Source of the DNA: Felis catus | Lineage: Eukaryota | Assembly: GCF_018350175.1 (NCBI RefSeq) | Contig: NC_058368.1 | Span: 201,440,001 to 201,504,000, forward strand | Direction of reading: 5' to 3' | Length of the DNA: 64,000 nucleotides | Part shown: piece by piece, positions 1 to 12,178 of the stretch | Numbering within the stretch: the stretch's first letter is position 1 | Layout: each line of letters begins with the position of its first letter | Position numbers and translations under genes: made by a program | The notes under the pieces: generated by a model | Told to the model about the DNA's origin: nothing | The model's input: only the letters and a program-made list of their open reading frames with translations | Databases searched by the model: none

Positions 1-712
1 CATCTTCTTTTTCGCTGCTGATATATAAAAGGCAAACATGGACATGTTTCCTATCTGCTTAAAATTCTGTATTTGCTCTATACTGCTCATGGATTCACTT
101 TTCCCTAGCTAGCATGGCATATGTGGTTTCTGCCTGTTGTTCCATCCTTGTCCGAGGAGTAAAACCCTCAGCAGTGCGTGCTACCTGTGTTTCCCTGCAC
201 ACACCACAGTTTCAAGTCTCCCAGACTTTGCTAGTGCCATTCTCTTCACCCAAGGGCTCCCTTCTTCAATCTTCCAGGTAATGGAAAGGACATAGGTTTT
301 AAGGTCAGATAAATCCAGGTTTCAGTTTCAGCTCCACCATTTGGTGTTTCTGAAGCTTAAATGATAAAGAATGACTCAAAACACTACTGATACTTCTTTG
401 CACGAGAATCACTACCAAACCGACCTGTTTACTTAATTTGTAAAAAAGAAAAAATCTTGTTTTATTGGGAATTTTAAACTCCATTAAATATTTGCGCATA
501 GTGTTGAACCTTCATTGACTAATCTTTTACAGACAGTAACATGGATGTATATTCTGAATGAATTGATGGACTTGCATTGGTTGTTACTATAAGCTATTCC
601 AGAAAATTCAAAATAAATTGTAAAGGGCTAGTAATTAAATATTCTATATTAGGTTAGTGTATTAAGTAAGCAAATGTTTTTTTTTCTAAGTTGCACAGGT
701 TAAAATGTTGGC

Positions 713-738
713 TGTGTGTGTGTGTGTGTGTGTGTGTG
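713..738. repeat. (TG)13 microsatellite
   Basis: Perfect TG run read directly. Confidence 0.95.
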
Positions 739-2063
739 TTTAGTTGATACCAGTGGCAGAATTCCAAATATATATCTTGCTTTAAGTGTTTTCATTAGAA
801 AGTAGAAAGAATAGTTTTATTCTTATTGGCAGGCGTATTCCACATATGTGTTTATTCTAGAATTTGCTAACTGTGATCCTGCCTTTTCAGTCTGAAAATT
901 GTAAACATGTGTTTTAAAGGGCAGAGGAATCCTGGCACTAGAGTATCACTTCTAGTGAGATTTAGTAGGTGGAGAAGTGGTGTGGACATCACTATGGCAA
1001 TAAAGAAATTGTTAGCACAGAAAATGCTAGAGACGAATGTAGGACGAGGAGAATCAGTACAGCACACTTCAAGAGATGCTCATCGGTAGCCTGTTGCAAC
1101 AGACCAGTATGAAAATTTCCCTTATCCATTTCAGTTGGAAACTTGAACTTCACAAAGAGTAATAGTTCTCTTGAAATATCCTTTTGAAATTCTAAGCTCT
1201 AAAACCAAGAAGATAATAAGGTAGACCAAGAAGAGTCCTCAAGGGTCAAAAACAATTTTTGATAATGCAAAGGTCATAGCCAATTAAAATTTGGCATTAA
1301 CTCAGATTTTCCTTTGAGTATAAGTTACAGAATAAAGTAAAATAAATTTATTAGAAGTTAATAAATGAACTTTTCTATGATGGTGGGATTAAGAGTTATT
1401 TAAATGTTTATGCTTCACTGCATTTAAAAAAATTCTCTTCAATAACTACACAAAAAAGAAAAACTTTTAAATGTGTCTTCAGAGATGGATAAAGTTCTCT
1501 ACAAAAGTGGAAATATTTTCTGCCACTTTGACTATATATGGCTAGTGATTTTTAAAGGAACTTTTCAAATCTTAGGGACATAAACAGAAAAAAAGAATAG
1601 ACCATTTTACATTTTGGAAAAAGATCATGTTAAATTTAGCACTGCACATTATACCTAAATTTGGGGCAATTCTTCCATTTTTAATTACAAGCGATTTTTC
1701 TCAAATTCCACAGAAATAGTTTACATAAATCACAGAATGATATTTTCTGAGGCACAAAACCCAGTTTACTTTGCCTTAAAGTTTAAAAAAAATCTGGAAG
1801 CACTAGGTTATTTTTATTTATTTCGGAGCAAGAAAGGTAGTAAGAGCAAGTGGGATGGTAAGAGGAAAGGGGTATTTCGGAAAGTATGAGAATCAAAGTA
1901 CGAAACATAAATTCATTGTGTGACTTCATCTCACACCACAGCTTCTATGTTAATTTCTAAAAACATTAAAAGGAGAAGGGAGGAAATAAGGAGGAGTCGA
2001 GACAGGGGGCAGGGAACAGAGAGGAACAGAGAAAGAGATATTGGATTAGAGAATAAATTGTAG

Positions 2064-2276
2064 GGGTACCTGGGTGGCTCAGTCAGTTAAGCTTCTGACT
2101 GTGGCTCAGGTCATGATGTTACGGTTTGTGAGTTCCAGCCCTCCATTGGGCTCTCTGCAGTCAGCACGGAACCTGCTTCAGAGCCTCTGTCTCCCTCTCT
2201 CTCTGCCCCCCTCTGCTCATTTTCTCTCCCTCTTCCTCCCCCCTTCCTCTCTAAAAATAAATAAACTTTAAAAAAA
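2064..2276 (+). mobile_element. CanSINE (SINEC_Fc-like)
   Basis: GGGTACCTGGGTGGCTCAGTCAGTTAAG tRNA-derived head, CT-rich body, AATAAA/A tail; TSD AGAATAAATTGTAG at 2050-2063 and 2277-2290. Confidence 0.95.
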
Positions 2277-2899
2277 AGAATAAATTGTAGTGCCCTAGGG
2301 GCACCTCCAAATTTAAAATATTTCTTCCATATTCAGCCTTTCAGGGTTTTGTTTGTTTGTTTTGCTTTGCTGATCTTTCCTGACCACGTGAAAATTCACT
2401 TTCAAATAGCATCTACCACCATCTCAAGTCTCACTTCCCCAGAATTTCTTGGCTGTAGCTCAGCGTCTGCATCCTCAAATCCTTCCTCCAAGAGAACACT
2501 CCAGAGCCTGTCTGAGCCAAGCCTTCACTAGCAGCACAGCTGGAACCTGACACAGCGTTTTGACATCCTCTTAAGGGGGCAGATAAATTACCATTTTTGA
2601 TGCATAGTGTTTTGCAGCCTCCTCCTTAGGATTTGAATTCCTCTGGTAGTCCTTTGGTGTCAAGTTATCATAACTCAGGATTGGATTTAATCGGGTTTTT
2701 TTTTTTAAATGTTAAAAAGTAGAAAAATGCAAAAATTGATGTGAAAACACTCTCCATTGTTGCAAATGTTAATTTTTTGTTATTTTTAATACAGATTATA
2801 TAGAGAGAAAGACACAACACACACAGATGCATATACATATACACATATATACACTGAAGGCTTTATTTCATAAACAATGTAGTGTAAATGAAGGTTTCC

Positions 2900-5130
2900 T
2901 TTGTTCCCATCTTTAAATTCATTATCCACTCTTTCCCTCCCCAAACCAATGTCAAGATATTGGTTTCATTTCTTTAAATCTATGTTCTAATGTTTTTACA
3001 TATGTATGTACATTTATCTCCACTAATAATGTATTGCTTTGTGTGTTTTTGAAACTTTTTACAGAAATGGCATTATATAAGTCAGCAAAGTTCCTGACAG
3101 TGTATTTTTGTAACTGTTTTGATATCGATTAGATTACAACTGCTATTCGTGGTATGAATATATCACAATTTACTTACCCATGTTCCTATTGATGCACATT
3201 TTGTCATTGTTTCTCCTTAACAAATAATGTTGCAAAGAATATTTTGGTTCATATGTTTAAGAGTACATTCACTTGTTGGGCCCCAGGGTATGCACATATT
3301 CAGCTTCAGCAGATATTGGCTAGATACTTTCTAAAGTGGTTGTACCAATTTATATCCCATAGATAAAGTAAAGAATGCATGCTTCCATTGTTCCATACCC
3401 TTATCAATGCTTGGCTTTCAAGTTTGTTTGTTTGTTTGCCAATATGAAGGGTATGAAAGTACAGTATAGTTTTCATTTGCAGCTCCCTGAGTTATTAGTA
3501 AGGTCAATATCTTTCATTTCTTTGTCGATCATTCAGATTTTTCTCTTAGATTACTGTTTATGACTTTTGCTCATTTTTCTCTAGGGTCCTTCCTTCCCTT
3601 TTTTCTTTCTTCCTTTCTTCCTTTCTTTCTTCCTTCTTTTCTTCCTTCCTTCCTTCTTCCTTCCTTCCTTCCTTCCTTCCTTCCTTCCTTCCTTCCTTCC
3701 TTCCTTCTTCCTTTCTTTCTTTCTCCTGTTCTCTCCTTTCTCTCCCCTTCCTTCTTCCCTCCCTCCCCTCTTTCCTCCTTCTCTTTTTCCTTCCTCTCCT
3801 CTCTCTTTCCTCCCATCCCTCCCTGTGTTTTTGATTGTGAGGGATTTGTCATGAGAGCCTTTATGAAACCTCTGAGCATGTGATTTGTTTTTAATTTTGC
3901 TTATAGTGTTATTTGTCATACAGAGGTTCAAATTTCTATATAAGCAAATACAATAATACATTTATGTATGAGTCATCCCCTTGTGTATTTCTTAAGAAAT
4001 CCTTTCTTATCCCAAGTTTCAGAAGATGTTCTTCCAAATAGTCATCCAATATATTTTTTAATTCCTTTCCACATTTTGAAATTTAGTCCATCTGGAATTT
4101 ATTTTATTTTACAGTTTTATGTAAGGATCAAATTTACTTCTTCCCATGTAGAAAGCCAATTGTCCCAACATTATTTATTGACTAGTCCATCTTTTCCCCA
4201 CACACTTGTGTTTCCACTTCTAAGCTTTACAAGTTCTTGTATATGCTTGAGACTGTTCTGGACTTTGCCTTTTAATAGATCTTCTTACCTGCTCCAGTAT
4301 CAAATAAATTTGTTTTAATTTTGTATTTATAACAAGGCTTAATATCTATATGACAGATCCGCTGTCTTTCTTCTTCCTTTTTTAGAATTGTCTTGGTTAT
4401 TTTGGCTGTTTACCCTTTAATGTGAATTTTAGAATCTGTTCAGTTTCTGTAAAAATCACATTAAGTTCTTGATTAAAGTTGCATTGAACATTTGTAATAA
4501 TGCTGAGAGCTCCACCTATGAAAATAGTTTGTCTCTTTCTGTTTATTCAGGTCTCCTTTATTTCCTTCAATAACATATTGCCATTTTCTCAGTACAATTT
4601 ATGGGCTTCCTTGGAATATTTAATCCAAGGGGCATTACGAGTTTTGTTGCTATTCTCAATAGAAAGTCTTTTTTAATTGCCTTTTTCTATTAGTTATTGC
4701 TGTTACATAAGAACATTTTGGGTTCTGTTGCTCTATCGTGACCTTGTTTTATTAGCTTATAGATGATTTTAGATGTTCTATGATAGAAAATTATAGTAAA
4801 GCAAGTAACAGCTTTCCTTCTTTCTATCCAAAACTTATACATGTTATTTCTTTATCTTCTCTTCATCTTTGGATAGACCCTGTTTTAATGGTGAAGAGCG
4901 GCCATTTTGTAGCTCTTCTCTTCCTGTTTCTGCCTTTAAGGGAGATGCTTCCAGAGTTTTACCATAATTGTGAAGTCAGGCGAAGGTTTTTTGGTAAGGT
5001 ACCTTTCATCTAGTGAAAGAAAGTACTTCACTTACTAACTTGCTCATAAATTAGTAATATTTTACAAACCTGATGTTGAGTTGTATTAATTGTTTCGTTT
5101 GTGTCTACCAAGAAGGTTTTATGATTGTTC
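2900..5130 (-). mobile_element. Old LINE-1 (L1M-type) 3' UTR/ORF2 fragment, interrupted by a pyrimidine repeat
   Basis: Typical antisense L1 phrases: AAAGTGGTTGTACCAATTTATATCCC, CCAATTGTCCCAACATTATTTATTGA, GGTAAGGTACCTTTCATC; T-rich; no intact frame. Confidence 0.75.
3588..3824. repeat. (TTCC)n/(TTTC)n polypyrimidine tract
   Basis: About 235 bp almost entirely C/T with a TTCC core. Confidence 0.95.
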
Positions 5131-5219
5131 TCCAGTTTCTTCTTATTGAAATGTTCAAACATACAGAAAAGATGAAAGAATATGCAGTATCTTCCATCAC
5201 TGCCTACTGTTTGCCTTTA

Positions 5220-5645
5220 TTAGGCTGGAGCAGCTATACTTAGCCGCAGCAAGTGTTGGCTGCAAGTGGACCACAGCTGCCCGTTTCCCCACAGAAATGC
5301 TTTTAACCGGTGGGAGCTACCTTTGCGGGAGGGGTAATGTACTTCCTCCCTCTGTTCTTCACTCCAATCCCCACCCACCTCTGATCCATAATCAGTAGCC
5401 AATGGCCGCATGTCTTAGGCTATAAAAAGTCAGTTGCCTTCCCTCAAGGTGGAGAATTCTGAACTGTGATATATGCTCCAGAACTTCCCCCAACAGACCA
5501 TCAAAGATTCAGAGATGGTTTTACCTGAGATCTCATCTTTCCTCCGTGCCTTACCCCTCACTTACGGCATCCTTCTGTCTCTTACAGTCTTTTCCAGCTG
5601 TAGAGCACCTACATTGTCGCCTCAAATTCTTCTTCTAGGGAAGAA
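5220..5645 (+). mobile_element. ERVL solo LTR, LTR16-like
   Basis: AGCCAATG...TATAAAAAGTCAG...CCTCAAGGTGG...GCTCCAGAACTTCCCC and 3' CTTCTAGGGAA resemble the recalled LTR16 consensus. Confidence 0.65.
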
Positions 5646-5659
5646 GGTTAGCAAAGGAA

Positions 5660-6370
5660 TTCCAAAAGTCCAATCGCTTACTTTGTTTTTGCTTTTTTAT
5701 TCCCTCTCTCACTTTCTCCAATCTATGTATTTACTTACAAGTATATATACATATGCAACTATATGTATGTATTTATGTTGCTGTACCTTTTGAAAGTGAA
5801 TGGTAGACATCATTGCCCTCAACCCTTTTATTTCTTCAAGCATCTCTTATAGGTAAGGAGATTTTTGTACTACAATTTTAATATGATCATAAGATTTTCA
5901 TGCATCAAAAGTTGTGAATTTTGATGACAGGTTTTCTTTTTGAACTTTTTTACTTTCAGATGACATCGATTTACATTAAAATTGTGAAAATTGTACAAAT
6001 ATCTCCTGTATGATTTTCACTTCATTTTGTCAAATGATAACATTTCTGAATTGTTTGAGAATAAGTTAAGGGCATGAAATCCCACTAGTCCTTAACACTG
6101 TGATGTGTATTGCCTAAAAACAAGCATTGTCTTCTACATAACCACAGTACAACCATCAAAATTAAGAAGTTATCATAGACCTAATATCATCATCTAATTC
6201 ACAGATGCCATTCTATTTTGCCAACTACCCTCATAATGTCCCTGTAGGTCCAGGATCCAATCCAGAATCACATGTTGAATCTAATTGTCACGTAGCTTTA
6301 AGTTCCTTCAATTTGGCATGGTTCCTCAGTCTACTTGCCTTACGGTATTTTGACATTTTCAAAGGATACA
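5660..6370 (-). mobile_element. L1MC-like 3' end fragments
   Basis: TACATAACCACAGTACAACCATCAAAATTAAGAA and CCAGGATCCAATCCAGAATCACATGTTG match the recalled antisense L1MC 3' end; a further piece lies at about 5135-5215. Confidence 0.65.
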
Positions 6371-6562
6371 GGTGAATATTTAAAGGTGAGTTACTTTAAA
6401 CTAATGTAACATGTATTTAATTTAAATGTTTGCTATTTTGCCATGAGTGATACATTTTTGTCAAGATTACCACAAACATGATGCTTTATGCAATAAACTA
6501 CCACATTCTGAAAAATCTAATCCTACATTTATCTTTTGTAAAGTTAAATCTATTCATAGTTT

Positions 6563-6789
6563 TATTTATTTTTAAATTTTTTAACATTTATTCATTTTTG
6601 AGAGACAGAGAGAGACAGAACACGAGCAGAGGAGGAGCACAGAAAGAAAGGGAGACACAGGACCTGAAGCAGGTTCCACGCGTTGAGCTGTCAGCACAGA
6701 GTCTGATGTGGGGCTCAAATTCACAAACTGCAAGATCATGACCTGAGCCAAAGTTGGGTGCTTAACCAACTGAGCCACACAGGCCCCCC
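6563..6789 (-). mobile_element. CanSINE
   Basis: Reverse head ending CTGAGCCACACAGGCCCCC; TSD TCTATTCATAGTTT at 6549-6562 and 6790-6803. Confidence 0.95.
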
Positions 6790-8884
6790 TCTATTCATAG
6801 TTTCATAATCATTAATAAATATTTTTTTTATTTCTTTCTGCTATATTTGTGTGTGTGTTTCCCTTTTCCTTTTTATTTGTGCCATTCTTTCTGGTCTCTC
6901 CTCTGGAGCGCACATTAGACATATGTTGGGCCTTCTCATTCTAAACTTCATGCATCAGGTTTGCTTTTAGTAAGGATCTGAGTAGTAAAATCTCTCAATC
7001 TTTATACATCTGCAAATTTACTTGTTTTGACCTCTTAATAATTGTTTAACTGGGTATAAATTTTCTTTAGCACTGCAGTTGTTCCATTACTTTCTGTGAT
7101 CTAGTGCTGTTAGTGGGCAGTTTAATGTCAGGGTATCTTTAATTACATTTGTTGATTTATTTTTCCCTTGTGCTTTTCATAATTATTGATAATGTGTAAT
7201 TTCAATACAACTTGATGAATGAGGATTTGCCTCTGTTAGTTTCATTGGTAACCACCTGCAAACTCTGTACCACAGGGACTTCACATCTGAACACTGCGCA
7301 GGCCTCACTTATCAATTTCCCGTAAGTAAATTTTTTTCCACCTGGGTCCAGGTGATAAACTTTCTCTCTAGTCTTTTGAGTGAAAATTTTCAGTCTCCTT
7401 TTAAAATGTGGACTCTTTATGGTTCCTGGTCTCTCAATTCCACTTTCTTATGGATTCTGACCTTCAGGCTTCTCTCCTCTGCTAGTTAAAAACCCAGTCT
7501 CCAACTGGTAAAAAGCCTTTATTTTGGTCTGATTTCCTCTACTCCCTCAAGCTACAACTCAGACACATCCTCTGAGCGTGAGATTCTTCTTCATCTGGCA
7601 CGTGAAGATTTTTCTTTCTCTTTTCCAATTCAAAAATGATTTCGTTTATTTGCATGTTTTGGTATTTTATATTGTCTAATATTACATATTTTATGTTAAT
7701 TAAGTAAATTAAATTTTAATCAAATTCAAATAAATAAAAAGCAAATTGAAAATTGTAAGTTAAATAAGTTTTAAATTAAGCTAATATGTAGATTACATGG
7801 AGAGAGAGAGAAAATACATCCTATAAGCACTGTGAGCACCCTACCCAATTGAGAAAAGGTTTACATAGGAGATTCGTAATACTTAAAGCTAATGAAACAC
7901 AAGACTGGATTTTTTATATTTTAGTCTTTTCAATGTCATATTCTTGAAATTAAAATTACATTTCACTCCAACAATGTCAAAAATATTAAAGTTAGACCAA
8001 AAAGCCAAGCTAAGGTGCCAATAGAGAACTCTCATGTTCTTTGTGTTTTTATTTTTTTTCCAAGACATTATTTTTAGAGTTGTCCCAACGGCTGTGATGT
8101 TTTTTGTTGTAACCACTGGATCAAAGGTCTTCACATCCTTCACAATACTCATACATCAAGTCTTGTGCAGAGACTTGAGAAAATGCCTCTACTCCTCAGG
8201 AGATTGATATTAACTCTCCAATAGGAAAAAATGCTGAATAAAATGGTAATGTTTTCTGTGATTGCTATTTTTGGTTTAGGTTGGTTTTTTGCTTATTTGT
8301 TTGTTTTTGGCTTATAACATGAATATAGTAATATCCACTTGGTAAGTTTTTAAGAGGACTAAATAAGATAATGCACATAAAGTGCATACATCTAGCATGA
8401 AGTAAAAGTTCAACAAGTAGCAGCCATTTTTGCTGTTACTATATTAATGTCTTCCCAGAGCCTCTGCCCCATCTTCAAAGCTACTGGTTTGGGAAGCAAG
8501 TGTGAAACTTAAACTTTAAAATGCACACAGCAAGATTCCTTATTCACAAACAAGAACATTATAGGAAGTGATCAACAAATAGAATTCCAGTAGGAATTTT
8601 TTTAATGGTAAAAATGGTAAAAGACAAGCATTATTTACACATTATCAGGCAGATGGGATGTTTCATAAAAATAAATTTTCTATATACAAACACCCTGCTT
8701 AAATAACTGGTTTTGATGGAAACTTTTCTCAAATATATTGCACATTTTCCTTCCTTCTTAATCAGTATATACCACATCTAAATCCCTGTTATTTGAATGA
8801 TACCAGGTTATTCATAATCAGTTTATCCACTGCCTTGGATTTATGGGTTTACCCATAGGGATATATAAGCTTTGGGCTATTTTA

Positions 8885-8953
8885 TTTTTTTATTCTTTTT
8901 TTTTTTTGAGAGAGAGACAGAAAGAGAGAGTGCAAGTGGAGGAGAGGAGCAGA

Positions 8954-8991
<38 letters not shown>

Positions 8992-9120
8992 ATCTTAAGC
9001 AGGCTCCATGCTCATTGTGAAGCCAGACATAGGGCTTGATCCCCAAACCCTGGGGTCATGACCTGAGCTGAAATTAAGAATCAATGGGACACTCAACCTA
9101 CCAAGCCACCCAGGTGCCCC
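8885..9120 (-). mobile_element. CanSINE (older subfamily) with expanded (GA)n
   Basis: T tail, GA run, GAATCTTAAGCAGGCTCCATGC, ends GCCACCCAGGTGCCCC. Confidence 0.93.
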
Positions 9121-9589
9121 AGGGTTATTTTCAATCACAAGATGATTTCTTCTTTTTTAAGATAGTCTGTTAAAGCTGTATTAGGGATGGGGCGGGGACA
9201 GAATGAAATGAAGTGGATTTTTTTTTCATATGTTGGAAAGATATCTGGTGCAGAGATCTTAATCACAACTGCTTAAGGCTGAGTAAAACTGACAGGTGCT
9301 CCATCTTGAAAACTGGACAGCTCCTGGACTTTTTCAGTTATTCTTCCTTCGAGGAGCAGTAACTAGGTCACATTCCTGGAGATTCTATATCAGTAGCTGC
9401 ATCTGTAACAGATAACCCAGGCAATTTTGCTACAGATGGTCTGTAGAGCTAACTTTAAGCAACACTCTCCACGCTTTTTGGGAGCGTCACTGAAAGGATT
9501 CCAAGCTGCATCCTTCCCACGGTGCTACATCTAGGGAGGCCCTGTGTATATGACGTGTGGCAAAGCCAAGGGTGAAAGTGAGGCACCAT

Positions 9590-9720
9590 GGGAAGAACAA
9601 CAGATAAGGACATCATCCTCTAATCCTGGCTCAGCCAGTGGTTGGATGACTTGTGTATATTAATTACCTAGGGACCTTAAACATCCTTATCTGTAAAATA
9701 AAGGGATTAAAGAAATGCTG
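9590..9720 (+). mobile_element. MIR fragment
   Basis: TAATCCTGGCTCAGCCA...CCTTATCTGTAAAATAAAGG core. Confidence 0.55.
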
Positions 9721-9874
9721 GAGAGTCCTTAAGACCACTGTCTTCAAAATCATGTTAAGATTGTTCTCTGAACAGGCTATCAATGAATTGACCTTTTAAA
9801 GATCTTGTAACCAGTAGTTATAAATAGTAACATACTCAATATATATTATTATTCTTCACACAATATCCAGAATA

Positions 9875-10375
9875 TTTTGGTAAAATGAAAATCAGATCAT
9901 ATTTCTGATTAACCTTACAATCAAATCCTACTGTAGTAACAATCAGTCCAAACTCCTTACCATGGTCTGCAAGCCACTCTGCCTAATTTTCAGACTCACT
10001 TTGTTCCTCTCTCTCTTTCGTTTACCATCTTGACCTTCAACTACACTGGTCTTCCTTTAATGTACCACTTTTCCACTTTAAGACAGGAAAATTCGCTGAA
10101 CTCTTAGAATATAGTACTCAGATCTCCACGTGACTCTGCTTCACGCCAGTTAGGTTTCATCTCAAATGTCAACTCATCAGAGAGGACCCTTCTGACCACA
10201 CCAACTAAAGTAATGCAACCTGCCTCCCCCCCCCCCCAACTCTATTCTGCATTCACCACTTTTGCTTTTCTCAGAGTACTTATCACAATATGAGACTGTG
10301 CAGTTACTTATTCACTTCTACCCTGTCAGCCACCCTAGAAGTAAATTCCATGGGAACAGGAATTTTCGTCCACTT
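9875..10375 (+). mobile_element. LINE-2 3' fragment
   Basis: TCCAAACTCCTTACCATGGTCTGCAAG, TCAAATGTCAACTCATCAGAGAGG, CTAGAAGTAAATTCCATGGGAACAGG. Confidence 0.7.
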
Positions 10376-10475
10376 GATCCAAAAGACAAGCTGAGTGAAG
10401 AAAAAAAGTCACCAAAATATTTGGTATCGTCTCTGATGTATGACACTTCACAGGTTTCCACTGCATCAAATTCTT

Positions 10476-10592
10476 TTTTGTTTTTGTCTGAAGTAGGCTT
10501 CCCAGCCAGCGTGGAGCACAACGCAGGGCTTGAACTCATAGCACTGAGATCAAGAGTCAGATGCTCCATAAACTGAGCCACCCAGGTGCCCC
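10476..10592 (-). mobile_element. Short old CanSINE lacking the CT-rich segment
   Basis: AAGTAGGCTTCCCAGCCAGCGTGGAGC...GCCACCCAGGTGCCCC; TSD TCCA(C/T)TGCATCAAATTCTT at 10457-10475 and 10593-10611. Confidence 0.9.
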
Positions 10593-10611
10593 TCCATTGC
10601 ATCAAATTCTT

Positions 10612-10858
10612 AATTTTTTTTTCAACGTTTTATTTATTTTTGGGACAGAGAGAGACAGAGCATGAACGGGGGAGGGGCAGAGAGAGAAGGAGACACAGAA
10701 TTGGAAACAGGCTCCAGGCTCTGAGCCATCAGCCCAGAGCCTGACGCGGGTCTCGAACTCAGGGACCGCGAGATCGTGACCTGGCTGAAGTCGGACGCTT
10801 AACCGACTACGCCACCCAGGCGCCCCTTTTTATTTTTTTTTAATTTTTTTTTCCAACG
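10612..10858 (-). mobile_element. Young CanSINE (10612-10826) plus an extra 32-bp SINE-tail fragment
   Basis: CpG-rich full element; TSD GCATCAAATTCTT at 10599-10611 and 10859-10871. Confidence 0.95.
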
Positions 10859-11319
10859 GCATCAAATTCTTTAAAATAAGTTAGTTCTTCGTTTCTCTTA
10901 AACTTCTAAAGATGAAGGTGGGCACTAAGTCTAACGCCTGTACCTGCACCTACACCTTCTCTTGTGAGCACTTGCCTCCCACTTGAGGTGTGTTTCCCTT
11001 CCATCTTCATACTCTTCCTTCATCAGACTTCTTGTCGCTTAACTTGGAAAGCTTTCACTTGACTCTGCTGCCCCCTCTAGATAACACATATGTCTCTCTT
11101 TTCTTTCTTTGTCAAAGTGCTTTGAGGAGTGGTCAGCTTTTAGGGCCTGCAGTTACTTTTAAGTCCTTGCAATCTGGCTTTGACCTCCAGATCCATATGG
11201 GATTGCACTCTAGAACAGCTACAGTGATTGATCCTCTTTCTGCCTAACCCAGTGCTTTTTTCTCAATCCTGATTCTCCCATGGACACTGTAGCACTCAAC
11301 ATTATTGAACTACAAAACT

Positions 11320-11470
11320 ATATATTACACAGTCATCATTTCTTATAATCCTCATAATAACCTTTTAAAGTATGTATTATTAACCCTATTTCATAGTTGG
11401 GAAAAGTGAGCTTCAGCAACATCAAATAACACCTTGGAAGAGATAGAGCCACATTTGAACTCAGTTCTTT
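11320..11470 (-). mobile_element. MIR fragment
   Basis: ATAATCCTCATAATAACCTT...TATTATTAACCCTATTTCATAG...GAAAAGTGAG. Confidence 0.65.
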
Positions 11471-11488
11471 CTACTAAGTCATGTTAAT

Positions 11489-11659
11489 TTTCTTCTTTTT
11501 CTCCTCCCCCTCCCCCTCCTTCCCTTTCCTTCCCCCTTTTCCCTCTTTCCCCCTCTTCTCCCCCTCCTCCCCTCCTCCTTCCTCTTCTTCTTCTTCTTCT
11601 TCTTCTTCTTCTTCTTCTTCTTCTTCTCCTTCTCCTTCTTTGTCTTCTTCTTCTTCTTC
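11489..11659. repeat. Polypyrimidine tract with (TTC)14 at 11585-11626
   Basis: Read directly. Confidence 0.95.
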
Positions 11660-12178
11660 ATTCCGTATGCCATACTTTTCATCTCTGTGACTTATTTTAT
11701 AACTGAGAATTTTGACCTCTTATTTCTCTTCACCTGTTTGGCCATCCACTCCCTCCCCATTCCCCTCTGGCAACCATCAGTTTGGTCTCTGTATTTGTGA
11801 GGCCGTTTCTGTTTTTTATTTGCTTTTTATCTGTTTTGTTTTTTAGATTCCACATACCAGTGAAATTATTTGTGTTTTCCTGTCTAACTTACTGTCTAAG
11901 TGACTTAGCATAATACACTCTAGGTCCACCCATGTTGTTTCAAATAGCAAGATCTCCTTTTTTTTTTTTTATGGCTGAGTCACATGCCATTATATATATC
12001 CATTCATCCTCTTCATTCATCTATTAATGAACACTTAGGTTGTTTCCATACCTTGGTTATTGTAAATAATGTGGCAATAAGCATAGAGGTGCATGTATCT
12101 TTTCAAATTAGTGTTTTCATTTTCTTTGGGTAAATATCAAGTAGTGGAATTACTAGAGCTTATGGTAGTTCTATTTTT
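11660..12178 (-). mobile_element. LINE-1 3' region (L1MA/L1_Carn-like)
   Basis: CTCTGGCAACCATCAGTTTG, TTAGATTCCACATA, TTAGGTTGTTTCCATACCTTGGTTATTGTAAATAATG, GTAGTGGAATTACT. Confidence 0.88.

Noticed and set aside
34..49. p53-like half site GGACATGTTT
   Set aside because: Only one good half site; the neighbouring one overlaps it and is mismatched.
2064..2135. tRNA gene (A-box and B-box-like motifs)
   Set aside because: This is the tRNA-derived SINE head and continues into the CT body and A tail; the same holds for the other copies.
3560..3961. ORFs rich in KEGR/PSFL, and poly-K/poly-S ORFs at 11479-11690
   Set aside because: Stop-free simple repeats.
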